Of a stretch of 64,000 nucleotides of DNA, positions 25,811-39,544 are shown piece by piece (the first letter of the stretch is position 1; the number at the start of each line of letters is the position of its first letter). This stretch comes from Negaprion brevirostris (lineage: Eukaryota), in contig JARDVH010000099.1 of assembly GCA_030324005.1 (NCBI GenBank), positions 48,064,818-48,128,817 of the forward strand. The letters are read 5' to 3'. The notes beneath the pieces are model-generated. The model was not told the DNA's origin. It worked only from the letters and a program-made list of their open reading frames with translations, and ran no database searches. The translations under genes were made by a program, and so were the position numbers.

Positions 25811-27844
25811 AAACCGGAAATGTGGAGCTGCTATTTTCTTGCTATATTCCTTGTATTTAAAATAAATGCCTTTTAACATTGCCAAATTCTTGAGATTCTT
25901 TTTAAATTTCTTTTTCTGTCTTTGGAAAGCAATTTTCTGCCTCCCGTTCTCTGCTCTGAATTTGCCCCAACTTATCTACTCTCAGGTTCCCATCACTTCC
26001 AAAAAACGTAACTGGACTAGCTACATTATCGCTACAAGAGCTAGCACCATGAATATTGTATGGTGAATAACTCACCTCCTGACTCCCCAAACATTGTGCA
26101 CCACCTGCAAGTCACAAATATGATGGAACACTCTCCACTTGCACCAGGCACAAGTTCCATACTCCATAAGAAGCTTCACATCATTCAGAACAAAATAGAC
26201 ATTTGATTGGCAACTCATCTACTGCCTTAANNNNNNNNNNCACCTTTGTAGGGACAGTGTTTACCATCTAAGTTGCACTGCAAATCCACAACCTTGATCA
26301 AACCTGAAAGATAAGGCCAACAGGTGCAGGTGCCTTCAAGATTCATAAATTTTGGAATGACTGACATAACTTTAGAATGTTTTATAAATTTTGCAGCCAC
26401 TGTTCTGGCTCCATTTTGCAAAGGTATTCCACATTTAGAAGACAGGGACTTTCCCCATCATCCACAATTCACTTATTTTTGTTCAGATGCCCACAACAGC
26501 TGAAAAAGTCTAATGAGCCCCATTCCAGGGCTTGGCACAGTAGGTGGTCGTTCTGTTGCCTATAACATTCTGATGATATTTTGCAGTTTATGGCTAGCAG
26601 AGTTTCAAGAATGCTTGTGTTTTATTCTGTTCCCAATAACTATGTCCTGGAGAAAGGCATCCCCAAGGAGAAAGGTGGATCAGAATGGGATCATGTCATG
26701 CAAAGGAATAGCACAACAGGGAAAAAAAGTGACAGAAGAGTAGTCAGGGCCAGGAACAAAACAGATTTAATAGCAGCTTTTATAGAAATACTTTTTCCAA
26801 TAAGTAAATAAAGTAACCAATCTTTATTGTGGTTGCAGAATAAATAGAAACTTTACCATCTCTCATAAGCACCAACAGCATACTGATCTAGTCTGTAAAC
26901 CCCAAAGATAAGACTCCCTGGGAACAGCTGTGATCACAAGATTATTCAAACTTTTTTTAAAAATGTGATTAACTGTAATATTTTTCTTTCCCTCGAGTAC
27001 CATCCTTCAGCCTACTTTGGACGCCTATGAGTTAAGGATCAGGAACTGCATGGCTGTGTTAGTAAAATTTGCCTTCTGGAATTTACATGATCCTTTTGTC
27101 AGAGCAGCTCATCCTCAAGAGTAAGCACTCTGCTGCAGGTTCTGTTCTCCACTGCTCCACACTCAATAACTAGTGCAATCTCCTTTCAAATACATGAAAG
27201 GCAAGAGAGACCACTGAATAGAAAGCTCATCTGTGGTGCAATCTGGAATGAGAATGGCATAATTATAGACTCCTGCCACTCCCTTTGTACGTAACCCTAT
27301 TCTTTGAACAATGAGGACAGAGAGGGGAAGAGAAAAAAAAGAGATGGTATCACCCATAACAAAGATTACTTGCAGAATTTTACAACTTGTTCTTCCACTT
27401 TAACCAGTTGATACCAGCAGATCTATTACAACAGCTATCAGATAACCACCTGGGAGACATTCCTTGCATACCAACCCAAACCAAACTCTATCAATCTTGT
27501 CATAGGAGTAACATTCAATAATGACCATGAAAAGCAAGACATTGGTGAGATCTGTGAAGCAATAGACAACAAGTTTTCAAATCCTTCTGATTTCTTCATT
27601 TGAAAGTGATTACATTCACAAATTTAAAGAGAATTGTCATTAATGTCAGAGGATAGTCCCAAGCCTGGCTCTGAAAAAGACACCAAGTCTTGGATTTTGT
27701 TTTACAAAAGGCTATTTATTGCTTATATCTCTACCCTAACACAATCACCCCAATACAGGCTTGCTCTTCTTTATGTACACATCTGAGTATAATTAACTAA
27801 TCTACACCTAACACCTGTTCATCTTATTATCTTTACCTATTATT

Positions 27845-28453
27845 TCATATGCCCAACGAGTAAAACGAACTCAAATTAACTTAGGGACAAATTAAGAGTG
27901 GAAGCCCCCTAAAAAGGGGGGACGGCCCAAACAGAAACCAAAGTCCAAAGGAAACTTAAAACATTAACTCAAAATGTAATTATCAGGGTCTATAACACGC
28001 CAGCCCCTGCGGTGCCCAATGGACACAGAAGGCATCAACTGCGCCCGTGGACACTGCATGCTCCCTCTCCAGGGACACCTGGCCGCGAATGTAGCCATGG
28101 TAGAGGGGCAGACAGTCGGGATGGACGGTCCCGTCAATCGCCCGCTGCGTGGACCTATTGATGGCGCATCTCACCAGGCCCAGGAGCAGGTTCATGAGGA
28201 GGTCAGCGTCCCAAAGTGCCCTTCTCCACACCAGGTACCCATAGATCAGGAGCGTGGGACTGAAGTGTAAATAAAACATCAGTAAAAGGTGTTTAAGAAA
28301 ACCAAAAAGGGTGTGCAATCTATAACACAGAATGTGGGCATGGTCCACGGACCCCTCGAGGCTGCAGAAAGGGCAGTCGCGGGAGCCCATGTACCAGAAA
28401 AACCTACGGTTGCATGCAGCAACTTCCACCCCAGGTCCCCAAGGTAATTGGGA
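27845..28453 (-). mobile_element. 5'-truncated Tx1-clade (L1 group) retrotransposon: ORF2 C-terminal zinc finger + 3' UTR
   Basis: ORF 27983..28429: CPFC..EGSVDH.HI.CYRL..LF.FL..LL..F.LHFSPTLLIYG...NLLLGL (zf-RVT and Tx1 C-terminus). Confidence 0.85.
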
Positions 28454-28463
28454 ACCTATTATT

Positions 28464-28667
28464 AGGTAGTTCTTTCAACAACCCAACAAGTAAACAAACT
28501 CAAATTAACTTAGAGACAAAGTTAAAGGGGCAGCTCCCCAAAAGAAGGGGGAACTGCCCAAAATAAAAGACAAAGCACAAAGGAAACTTCAAACATCAAA
28601 TTAAAATGTGATTAAAGAGGTCAATAATACACTCAGTCCCTGCGCTGCCCAGCGGGCATGGAACTTA
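28464..28667 (-). mobile_element. Second, shorter Tx1 3' end
   Basis: Homologous to ~27850-28030 (aactcaaattaacttag.gacaaa...aaaggaaactt...cctgcg.tgccca). Confidence 0.8.
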
Positions 28668-29259
28668 ACCTATTAGTATTTAACATCCATCAACAGAACC
28701 TATTCAAGTATTAACAATTAATTAACATAAATGAGGTGAACATGATCACAGAGGGGTTTCAGGTACAAAATCCTACCATGTTCTTCCTCCTCGATGCCCT
28801 CAATATCTTGCCCTGCATCACGTTTTCTAAGTTATTAAATCCAAGTTCTATAAATAAGATGAAAATTGGTCTCCAATTTTTCTGATATGGCCAGTGACTT
28901 CAGTGTTCGGATATGATTCTGACCAAGGCTCAGACTTCAACACTTTTGTTGATCCTATTTCCAACCCTTTGTTGATCTTGTTGCCAATATCCTCTGGTGT
29001 CGAGGTCGCTGAGGACACTAGCAGCAACAACTGGATGAAAATTCCTGGGAGTTGAACAGGTGGGATATGCAAGTCAAAGTAATGGTTCAACAGTCTTCTC
29101 TTATAGACTCCCCTATCAGTCCTACCCCACCCACTTTATCTCAAAATGTGTCCTAAGCCTTGAAATTCATATTAAAACTGACAAAAATTAACAAATACTT
29201 AGCTTCCTTCAACTCTAGGAAAGTAGTTGAAGGTGAACATATGAAAAATGATGGACAGG

Positions 29260-30330
29260 TAAATACCACCTGGTCCAGCCAGCTCGTAGCACATAATTGT
29301 GATATCTAGTCTGTAACAATATATTCACTGTCCCCGCCACCTAAAACCATGTGACCTCTTGTTACAGACATAAAACTCAATTAAAAACCTCAGTCAGGTT
29401 TGGGGGGGGGAGAAAAAAAGGCAGCAGTGATTGATACAAGTCTGAGAAATCACCCAGGACCTGGATTCCTTGAAGTACCGAAGAGGTGATATCCATCCCA
29501 ATCATAACCAGGTCCAAATTTCACTTTAAAGGAATTCATTGAATTAACTTCCACCACATAAGATGGCAGCCAATTCCAGATGTTCTCTACACACTGGGGA
29601 ACAAACTCCTGGCATCTACATACCTTAAAATTGTGATTCCCTGGTAAATCCTTGATCTATTTAACCTGAAGTTAATTTGCGTTTGTTTACTTGGTTGGTG
29701 CCTTAAAACAGCTCCTTAATTGATTTAATTGGAACTAACTCTATTCCTTTTATCATTTTATAAGCCTCAGTCAGATAACTACTAACTCTACACTTCTCAA
29801 AAGTGTAAAGTCTTGATTGTTTTCATCTATCTTGATAAACAAAATGCTTTATTCTGGATATTAGTTTTGTGGCTGTCCCCTGAACTCCAAAGCCTCAATG
29901 TCACCAAGCCTTGAGGAGACTAAAACTCAATCTGGTACTCCAAGTGAGGTCTGGTCAAGGTCCTGCACCTGGGCAAATTGATATGCCCTTCATATAATAA
30001 ATGCCCTGTTAATAAACACAAATACCCTCATTTCTCTGGCTATTGATTCATGTCATTGCTCATGCACCTTTAGAGATCTATGCAACAAAATACATAGACC
30101 TTTTATTTTCTCCATCTTTTTAATGTTTTTCTGTGAAAAATGTTGAAAGTTGAACATTCTCCCTGCCCATGATTAAGACTCCACAAGCAAAATAAACATT
30201 ATATGCCAGTTGTGAGACCAACCTCCCAATACATTAAGCCTTGCCTGAAGCAATCAAGCATCAACTACAGTCATATTTACGCACATTTTATCAACTGCAA
30301 ATTTGCAATTCATGCCTCCAACAGCTACAT
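29260..30330 (-). mobile_element. Old CR1-group LINE 3' fragment
   Basis: Reverse KFA.D-like motif (atcaactgcaaattt ~30290), ggtactccaagtgaggtct (RPHLEY), 3' UTR. Confidence 0.6.
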
Positions 30331-31814
30331 TAATAACACAAATCATTTGTTTTATGTTTGTTAAAATTTTGATGTGGAGGAATTTTATACATGTACCCAA
30401 TTCCAGTGCAGGTATACTAAACACACTAGTTGGACTGTATAAATAGGATTTAAGGCTTATTCATGTAAGTGTGGAAAGATACCACTACTACATTGTAATT
30501 GTATTCTAAAAACTGTTGTTATGATGTCCTTCCCAAATTCAGAAGTCTGAACAGCAACACTGATATCCTGGCTTCTGAATCCAAGTGGAATAAAGCTCGG
30601 CACTTAGGTCATGTTATGCCGGATTAACCAACTAATCTCATACAATCCAGCTTTGCTCCTCTCAGCCTGTTGAAAAGGCACCTTGAACAAACAGCTTGGA
30701 CCTACATTGATATTAAGACACATCTGTAATCTCACAGAATTCTGTAGAAGAAAAAGGCTGGCAACTTAATTTTACAACACTGGATTTATATTTTTGTTTC
30801 CCAGCAGAAGGCAGTCATGGAAACAACCTGCTCCTTTTGTAATGGTGAACCAAGGAATTCAGTGGATAGGAAAAAAATATGGATAGTTCAAATTAGAGAG
30901 TGTCGGGATAGGGGTGCCCCCCCATCCCGCTATTACGGGATTACAGGGCATTACAGGAGAGAATGTTAATTTGAGATGTTAGAAATGCAACCAAAGTGGC
31001 GCATTTCACAAGACACTTTAATATTTTCTTGTTGTTTTATTATTCTTCATCTTGCTTACTCTATGAAAATGAACAAAAAGTTGGCTGAAAGATATTAACT
31101 AGCCAGTGCTCATTAGACGTGCGATTTTGCAACAAAGTGTAAAGCTAAGGATAAAGTTAAATGAATAAAGGTACTGATGATAGAAGTCCTACTAGTTACA
31201 AATTTACATGAGTCAAATAAAACTCAATTTTGAGGAGACTGTTACAGAGACTTAAGAAACAAATCAGGTAGAAAGAATATTTAAGAAGGTGGGATAGTGT
31301 TAAGTGAAATTCAACATGAGTAATTGTAAATTATTGCAGATCAGAAAAAAAAGTGAACATGTACACAATGATATTGAAACAGCTGAAATTAGCAAGGTAG
31401 ATGAGATCAAAGGGCATTAATAAACACGGAACACAAGAGACATTTTAGATTAGTAAGTTACAAAATAAACAGAATATTTGAACTTTATTGCAGGATATAA
31501 GTGAGGAGGTGTCACTCTGAGTTTATGCAGTGCTTTACTAGGTCACAATTTAAGGCTAAACAGCTTGCCACAAGAAGAGGCGTGCAGCCCTCAATGCAGA
31601 TGGAATAACAAATTTCAAAGTGAAGATCCAGTAACTATTTCTGTTAGGTCTGCAATTCTGTGCTTTTCTATCACTGTTGTTCTTACCTATTTTGTGCGTA
31701 AGTCTTATTAATGCCCAAATTTAATTCCATAACATTTGAATTGATGCCTCTCGATTACCCAATGTTTGCCAAATTTTCTTTTCTTTTGCATGAGTTCATA
31801 AGTTGATAAAATAT

Positions 31815-32890
31815 AAAGAGCAGAATTAGGCCATTTGGCCCATTGTCTGTTCTGCCATTCAATCATGGCTGATGTGCTCCTCATCCCCATTATCCTTCAG
31901 CCCAATACCAATTGAAAATCTGTCGAACACCTCCTTAAATTTACTCACTGTCCCAGCATCCACTGCACTTTGTGGTAACAAATTCCACAGATTCACAACC
32001 CTTCGGGAAAAATAGTTTCTTCTTCACTCTGTTTTAAATGTTCTATTCCTTATCCTAAGATTATGACCTTTTGTTTGGAATGCCCCACAGAGGAAGCATC
32101 CGCACAATGTCTACTTTATCCATGCCTTTTATCATCTTATATATCTCAATTTGATCTCCCTCATTTTTCTAAATTCCAGAGAATATAGGCCTAAACTGTT
32201 CAATCTCTCTTCATACAACAAACCCCTCATTTCTGGAATCAATCAATGAACCTCCTCTGAACTGCCACCAAATCTTTCCTCAAATAAGGGGACCACAACT
32301 CTGCACAATACTCTAGGTGCTGTCTTACCAAACCTTGTACAGTTGCAACAGTACTTCCTTACCTTTATATTTTATTCCTCTAGCTATAAATACCAACATT
32401 CTATTCGCTTTCTTTATTATCTCCTCTACCTGCATGTTAGTTTTCTGTGGCTCATGAACAAGGACACCCAGATCCCTCTGTACCAGAGCACCTCAAAGTG
32501 TCTCCCCAATTAAACAATACATCGCCTTTTCATTTTTCCAACCAAAATGCATGACCTCACACTTATCCATGCTAAACTCCATTTTTTGGCCCATTCTCCC
32601 AACTTATCTATATTCACTTGTACAGTTCTTACCTCCTCATCGCAACTTACTGTCCCACCGATTTTTGTGTTATCTGCAAATTTGGCTATAGAGCCGCCTA
32701 TCCCTGTATCCAAGTCATTTGTATAGATTGTAAATAGCTGTAGGTCAAAGACTGAACCCTATGGCACCCCACTAGTTATTTTTTGTCATCCAGAAAAAGA
32801 AACTTATCCTGACTCTCTGTCTTCTAGCCATCAGCCAATCACCTATCCAAGATAATAAATTACCCCTAATCCTATGTAATCTAACTTTGG
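31815..32890 (-). mobile_element. CR1/HER1 LINE 3' fragment
   Basis: ORF 32510..32713 (IAKFADNTKIGG). GVP.GSV-like motif at ~32750-32770. HER1 tail. Confidence 0.88.
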
Positions 32891-34089
32891 AGTATTTGGA
32901 AAAAGTTCTTAAACAGTCTTTGGAATATTTTTTGTTTTTGGAGTGTTATTTCAGAACATTTGAACTTTAGGGGAAAATACTGAATCATTTATGCTCACTC
33001 CTTTAAGGTAAGCTTGCTTTTGAACATTAAAATATCCTGGAAGTGTTGAAAGATTAGACTTAGGGAAAAACTTGACTTGAATGTAACAGAATTCTTTTGT
33101 GCATCACATTTTGACTGTTGACTGTGTGCTTATTCAGGTATTGGTGAACATTAGATATAGTGAAAGAGCTACAAGATTATATCAAGGCGTGGCAAAGCAA
33201 ACTAAATACTGAACAGGTTGATAGTTGCAATTTGCATTATATGCCATCTAACCAATAGACAGTACTGTTGGTTGGTCTTTGTCAGATCACTTGAAGTGTG
33301 CTGTAATTTTCCATATTCATTTCCAAGTATCATTGATAGTACTCAGTCTCACCATTGTTTCCAGCCAGACGTGGTGTTGAGTGGTGCAAAAAGGCCAAGC
33401 CTCATTACACTCACCTCATGTCCATGTTCACTGCTGTGCCACCTTCCCACAGAACCCATTTTGTACATCAACGTTGAATTCACCTCCAATTTTTCTTCCC
33501 TTTCCAGAGGTTTATCCAACTCTCTCTCTATATTCCTGGGAACACTGCTGCTCATTCCTGGGGAGGAACAGATCAATTTCCATGTGGATGTTCACCAGAG
33601 ATTTTTAAATTCTATATTAAAATCACTACATTCTCATTTGACAAAACATCACTGACACTAAGTCAGTTTATGAAATTGATCTTCAGTACTTTAAAAATCA
33701 GACTTTCAGTGTCAAGGGCAAATAATATTTTAACATGATATGCATACATAAAGCATTTTTTCCACTTGTGTGCGTCATACACAAAATCTAGACATCAAAT
33801 ATAATGATTTTAATAAATTACACCAAATTACTGGAAATTAATTTACATATGATTGCTACAGCCTATGAACACTCAATTTGTCTGCAAAATCTATTCAGTG
33901 TGAAAGCATCTTCCCCATTGTGTGCATTTACAATAATCCTCAATGCTTCAGTGACAAAAATAATTCCAGGCTGCTCTTGTTGAGGTGTCACCTCTGCATT
34001 TCTCAGATTTTTATTGAAACATGTTAATGAAAACAAAGCAGCATTATTTTGTGCCTAGCTGCTTTTCGTGCACTATGAACGGGGGCCTA

Positions 34090-36330
34090 GAAGGTATATC
34101 ATATATTACTCAGCCCTCAACACTAGACTATTCAGAGATCACCAGTTCTGCATTCGTGCGCAGGGTTCAGGTCCAACAATATCACCTGTTGGAGGTATGA
34201 GATCAGTTCTAAATTCCATTGTAACTGTGTTTGACAAAAGCCCAAATTTGGTTTGCACCCATTTTTGTGTTCAGGGGCCACTATTTGCAATAAGCACACT
34301 GATTTCCTTGAGGCTGGTAGTATGCAAACTTCATGCTGTTCCTCACCTCCAGCTCAGATACTGGCACTTTGTGAATTTAAGAAGGTGATGAAGGTGTGGC
34401 TCTGCAAATAATGAGTCACTGCTCACCAAGAGGCTACTGCCTAACCAAGGGTGAGCTCACTGAGGGCAAAGTCACAAATATGTTCTTCTACATGAGACAA
34501 GATGAGAATTGTGAAGAGGTGTCTTATTGGACAATGCTGAGGAACACACACATCAAAATGCTTGGTGCAATGGCAGGCTTGTCAGGCCATCTGTCAAGGC
34601 ACATGGAGGAGTCCAAATCTAATGTGACACAGGGCCCTTCTTTTACACTGTAGAAGTGATAACCAACTCCATGACTACATTTGATGGTTGCTGTCTCAGC
34701 TTCCACTGTAGCTCAGACAGAAGCCACTTAAAGTCTCAGTGCTGCAGACAGAGATCATGAGACCAAGCAGGTTCAACTACCAAGCAGGTTCAACTCGTAC
34801 ATTATCATGGCTGCAGATCTCAGAGCTCAAAGGGGCATGCAGGCTCTTACAGTAAATTAGCAGTCTGTAATCCAACAGATGACTGAGCAACAACACATGG
34901 CGCACCAAGGAGCAGGAATTATACCATTTGTGCACTCATCTGACCATTCTGCCCATGCCCTTTCTTGCACCTTTCAGCTCGCCATTCCAAACTACTTCCA
35001 TTCATGCTTAGCTGGAACGATCCAAGGCGAAGCCCTCAAGGCTTAGAGCTGCTTGAAAGAGTCCATCAACGTCATCTACAGTCTCCCCTAGTGAAAGTCA
35101 GCAGCTTTCTCATCATTCTGCAGCCACTAAGGTAGCACACGAAGCACATGCCAGGAAAAGTCACTTTCCAAGGCAGGCACTAGGGAATGCACAGTGTGAA
35201 TATTTAAGTGATGTTTGTTTCATTGAGTTTGTTCTTGGATAGACAAGTTACAGAAATGCTTTTGTTGGGTGTATATTATTGCAGGATCTTGGTCTAGGGG
35301 ATGCTGTGATGGGCATCCCAGAGGGATGGGAAGACAGGGAGAGCTAATAATGATGATGGGCAAAGTCTTGGACAGATGCTCCTAGGCAGCCCTACTGGAG
35401 TGAAGGTGTCCTAACAGCCTCAAAAATGTGTCCCTGCCTCCTCCTCTTCTTCCTGAGGTGGCCACTGGTGGCAATGGTTGTGCCCTCATTATGGCGATGC
35501 AGACCACGACAAATTTTGATAAACACCCATACCAAGCATCAAAACTGTTGCTAAAGAATGCCAAAAGTCTGGTTCATAATTTTTCTGCTGTGTACATTTT
35601 CCTTGTACACCTCTGTTCTCAAGTTGTTGGGTGGTGGAGCGGGGTTATCACCTATCTTTAAGGGGGTATCTCTTTTCTCTGAGCAGTCATCTTTTGATTC
35701 TTCTGAGTGGCTTGAAGATGGTGAGAATGCAGACTTTCTCAGTATGAAGGAATTGTGGCTTCTGTCAGGAAAGTGGGCATTTATCAGCATGATAGTTTAG
35801 ACTGGTCACACACTGACCAAAGTGGGTGCTTACCATTGTTAGCACCTATGAGTTGCTGACTCTTTGCACCATTGGGAATCCCCTAGATCAGCACACCCAC
35901 ACGTTCTGCTTCTGTCTGCTTAAGAGGGAAAACAATGAAATCTCTCTTGGCATATAGGACCTCCATCCCCTGCCCAAATTGCTGTGATGCATGCTGTGCT
36001 GGGAGATGTTTACTATATTGACATTTCTCCTTGGTATGATCCCGAGATGTAGAAATTGAGGATCACAGTGAGCATGACTGGAAGCATTGAGCTTGTCCTG
36101 GCAAAAGGTCCTATTGAGGGAGTTCTGTGAATATCTCCTCACTAAATCGGAGACAGCTTGAGCATTGTTTGGAGGTATGGTGGGGATATGACAAGTGCTC
36201 CCTGACTCCTGAAGGTAGGGTCTGCTGTGAAGGGTCCTCCTCCTTCTCCTCCCTTCATACAGAACTTACTCTCTATGCAACCTCTGCTCCATTTCTCTGT
36301 CGTTGAATACCCAAAAGCATTTCAACGACA
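34090..36330. mobile_element. Decayed PIF/Harbinger DNA transposon (HARBI1-like transposase on minus strand ~35370-36310)
   Basis: Minus-strand remnants NISQ.SMH (ORF 35888..36142), FIVFPL and GFPMVQ (~35860-35940), and SKFVVVC...AIMRAQPLPP (ORF 35382..35564). The convergent plus-strand segment 34100-35200 may be the Myb/SANT-gene remnant. Confidence 0.6.
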
Positions 36331-39300
36331 GCTCCCATATCACTTACTGAATTGGTAAAGAGAAGTAACAAAATCTTCTGACCTCCCTACATGGATGCAC
36401 CAAATGACCACAATACTTTTAAAAACACTCTATAGTATTTCGCAAACTTTGCTACATCAGAAGTAAGTCAAAAAAGCAGTTCACCTGCAAGCTGAATGGC
36501 TGGTCCTTCAAATAGTACTAGTAGAATGTCAAATTATCTGGAATGGTTGGCTGATGTCACAATCTGAACATTTTGACACTTTCCATACATGCACAACATG
36601 AGCACCCTTCCCAGCATGGGGCACTGCACAGGCTTTGAGGGAAGCAGCCCAAAGTATATCCCATGCCTTTTTTTTTAACTTCAAGGCTTCCTCATGCTGA
36701 CACCAACCATGCTATAGAATCCAATTTTGTGATCAATAACATTCACCTTAACTGTTTTCTTCCCTTTAATAGGAAGCATTCTAACAGTTAAGAATAATTC
36801 TTATATCCACAATTCTGTCTCACCATCATTGCAATTACTTCTTCTCTCCTCTCGTTTCCTCATTCACTTCCTTGTCTCTACTTATCTCTATTCCCACTTC
36901 AAACACCGGTTTAAATGACTCAAGAAGCCATTATTGACATGATATAAAGAGTGACAGGGCTATCGATGAGAAAGAAAGCAAGAGAGAATTTGGGAGTGAG
37001 AAGTATTAAGAATAAAGATATATTTTTGTAAACCTAACTAAATGCCACGACAGGTGGAAAATGTTGGGGAGGGATAGGTGGATAAAAATTTAAATATTAC
37101 AAAATGCAACCTGAACACTTTGTGTGCACACCTATTGCCATTTTTGCAACAGTGGGTTGTATTTGTGCTTGTATCCAAACTTGTGGAATGGAACTTTTCA
37201 TAATAGTATTTAAATCAGACTCTCACAGTATTGTGGATAGCTTCATTTAAATGTAATGCTTGCTGGTCAGATTTCCCGAGGGCTCAGGAAATTTAGTGGC
37301 TAAATGGTGACAGCAGCAGAGGGCTATAGAAGATAAGTGCCTTTTAGAGCATCTCTTTTAATCCAGGAGGAGCTGGGAGTACTTCCCATTGGTTCCTTAA
37401 TGAAACTTTCCATCAATACTAACCTCGCTTCACTGTTTCCCTTCTAATTGCCCGGGTCCATCTCAATTCATGTTCAGAAAAATTGCTGGCCTTTACAAAC
37501 AGAACAATTACATAAATGTCCATCGTCAAAAAATAAAATTTGGCAGTAAAATAACATTTGATTGTATAGTGATTTTAAAGATATTGCATCCAATGATGCG
37601 AGTAGTGTCAGCTAAAGAATATATGGGTTTAATACATATTGGTTCATCCATAGGCTCAGAGGCAACATCCAGTTTTAATCAAATAATAAAATACTGCAGA
37701 TGCTGAAAATCTGAAACATAGAAAACATTGGAAATATTCAGTAGCTCAGATAAACAGTGTTTTCATTTCAGATTGATCACTTTTCATACACTATTACTAA
37801 ACAAGCATGTAATTCTCTGGGTTTATTAAAAATATGTAAAGAAATGAACCCATGGAATTCAGTAAGACTGAGCTGCTGTTCTCTTGCTTAAGTGCATTTG
37901 CAAGTCGGAACCATTTTTTAGAATTACCATAGGATCAGCCTTTAAATGGGAGTCTCAGTAGATTGAATGAAATGCGCCATGGTCAGGAACTCTGGCAATG
38001 TTGCCTGAATCAGTCTAGCAGTAATGGTATTGGCATTTGTATTGCCTCATTTGGTATTACTTTGTTGTTTCATTATCTTTGACCCTTACCCCCAAGTTCC
38101 AGTCTTTGCATCCCCCTTTCTTGACTNNNNNNNNNNCTTGACATTTTGATTCTGACTGCCCCACCAATCCTTGATCTCTACTAATTGCCAAGGACTATTT
38201 CCAACGGTTTCAGGCTGTAGTCTCCTGCCATCGGTTCCTCTGCCCAGCAGCTGGTCAGCCTGTCAGTTTGACTGGTTACTGGGCATGAAACGGAACTTTT
38301 AAAAATGATAAACAGGAACTGCTCATAAATTGAATAGGATTTCACTACCTTCCAATCAAGCTCCCCTGCTCCCTTACTACAAATATCTTACAATCCATAT
38401 GATTATTTTTCAGCTTGTGTAATGCTGAAATCTTTCTAAACCAAGAGGTCACCCCACTCCTCCAAATGAGTAATATTTAGAAGGCCATTTTCTGCATGAT
38501 CTCCCTTCTCCCTCTGTCATTTCCTCGCCCCTCAATATTTCTGTCTCTAGATGATATTTTCTCCATCTTTGCAAACTCAAATACATACTTTCTTCACTCC
38601 AACTCTTCATCTAGGATGGACTGACAAGGAAGGAATTCCATTGGGTAACACTGAATGAAGGGCTTAAGCTGGACCCTAACTAAACATGCATATCTACATA
38701 TTATGTAAAACGGTTGACATACATGGTGGCTCTTTGTTGTTGGAAAAGGGAGATGAATGTAAGAATGAATGTAAGTAATAGATGTATTTCAGCTAGATAC
38801 ATGCTCGATAAGAACAATGATGAAACAGCCTTTTTTAAAGTTATTTTCTACTAAACCAAGCTCTCTGATTGGTAAAGACTGATTAAAAAGTTATTTGCTG
38901 TGCACATGCCCAGCTTATGCTAGAATGCTAATTATTTGTTTTGACAACGTTCTAGGTTACCGTCATTTTCCAATGACTCCATTCACGGATTCCTGTTAGA
39001 TGCAACTGACCATTTAATTCCCTTAGAATGAACATCAAGTTGCTGCATTTGTTGCCAGATTTTAAAAAAAGCATGTCCCAAAGTTACATTATACCTGTTC
39101 ACAGGTATGGCATTTCAATTATAAACATTTACTCTCCAGTTGTAAAGAACTTAATTATTATTAAACGACCTACTGATGTTCCTATGTAACAGTCTACACT
39201 AATCAATCTCCCAGGTATTGCAAACCTGTCACGATCAAGTGATGTATTCAGTTCATCACAGTTAGAGGGCAGATAGATAATTCAGTCCAAATAAGTTTGG

Positions 39301-39339
39301 AGAGTAGGTGGAGATGTGGAAATTAATGTGATGACATAA

Positions 39340-39500
39340 TCTGAAAACATGTCAGGGTTCCACATATATGCTGATGACCTCACCACCACTTCGCCTGATC
39401 CCTCCATTATCTCTATATGGTTAAACTGCACATCCAACATCCAATATTGGGGTCTGTGCTCAGGTTGCCATCTATCTGCCAGACCAATGATGACAGATGA
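39340..39500 (+). mobile_element. L2-type LINE RT fragment
   Basis: ttccacatatatgctgatgac = FHIYADD. Confidence 0.55.
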
Positions 39501-39544
39501 TAAAGGCAGACGATAAAACATGTGGAAGATGGAACCATTTTTTA

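Larger units (their letters stand above)
27644..28716. mobile_element. Solo-LTR-like element (TGT...ACA, 5-bp TSD) hosting Tx1 insertions
   Basis: Begins TGTCA and ends TTAACA. Flanked by ATTAA (27639-27643 and 28717-28721). Minus-strand AATAAA (tttatt ~27715). About 250 bp remains after removing the inserts. Confidence 0.55.

Noticed and set aside
26445-26454. Perfect NF-kB site GGGACTTTCC
   Set aside because: Single isolated 10-mer with no cluster or conservation evidence. Plausible by chance in 64 kb.
28848-29090. 80-aa minus-strand ORF with a hydrophobic signal-peptide-like stretch (IFIQLLLLVSSATS)
   Set aside because: Non-ATG start, no convincing in-frame splice pair, no recognisable family.
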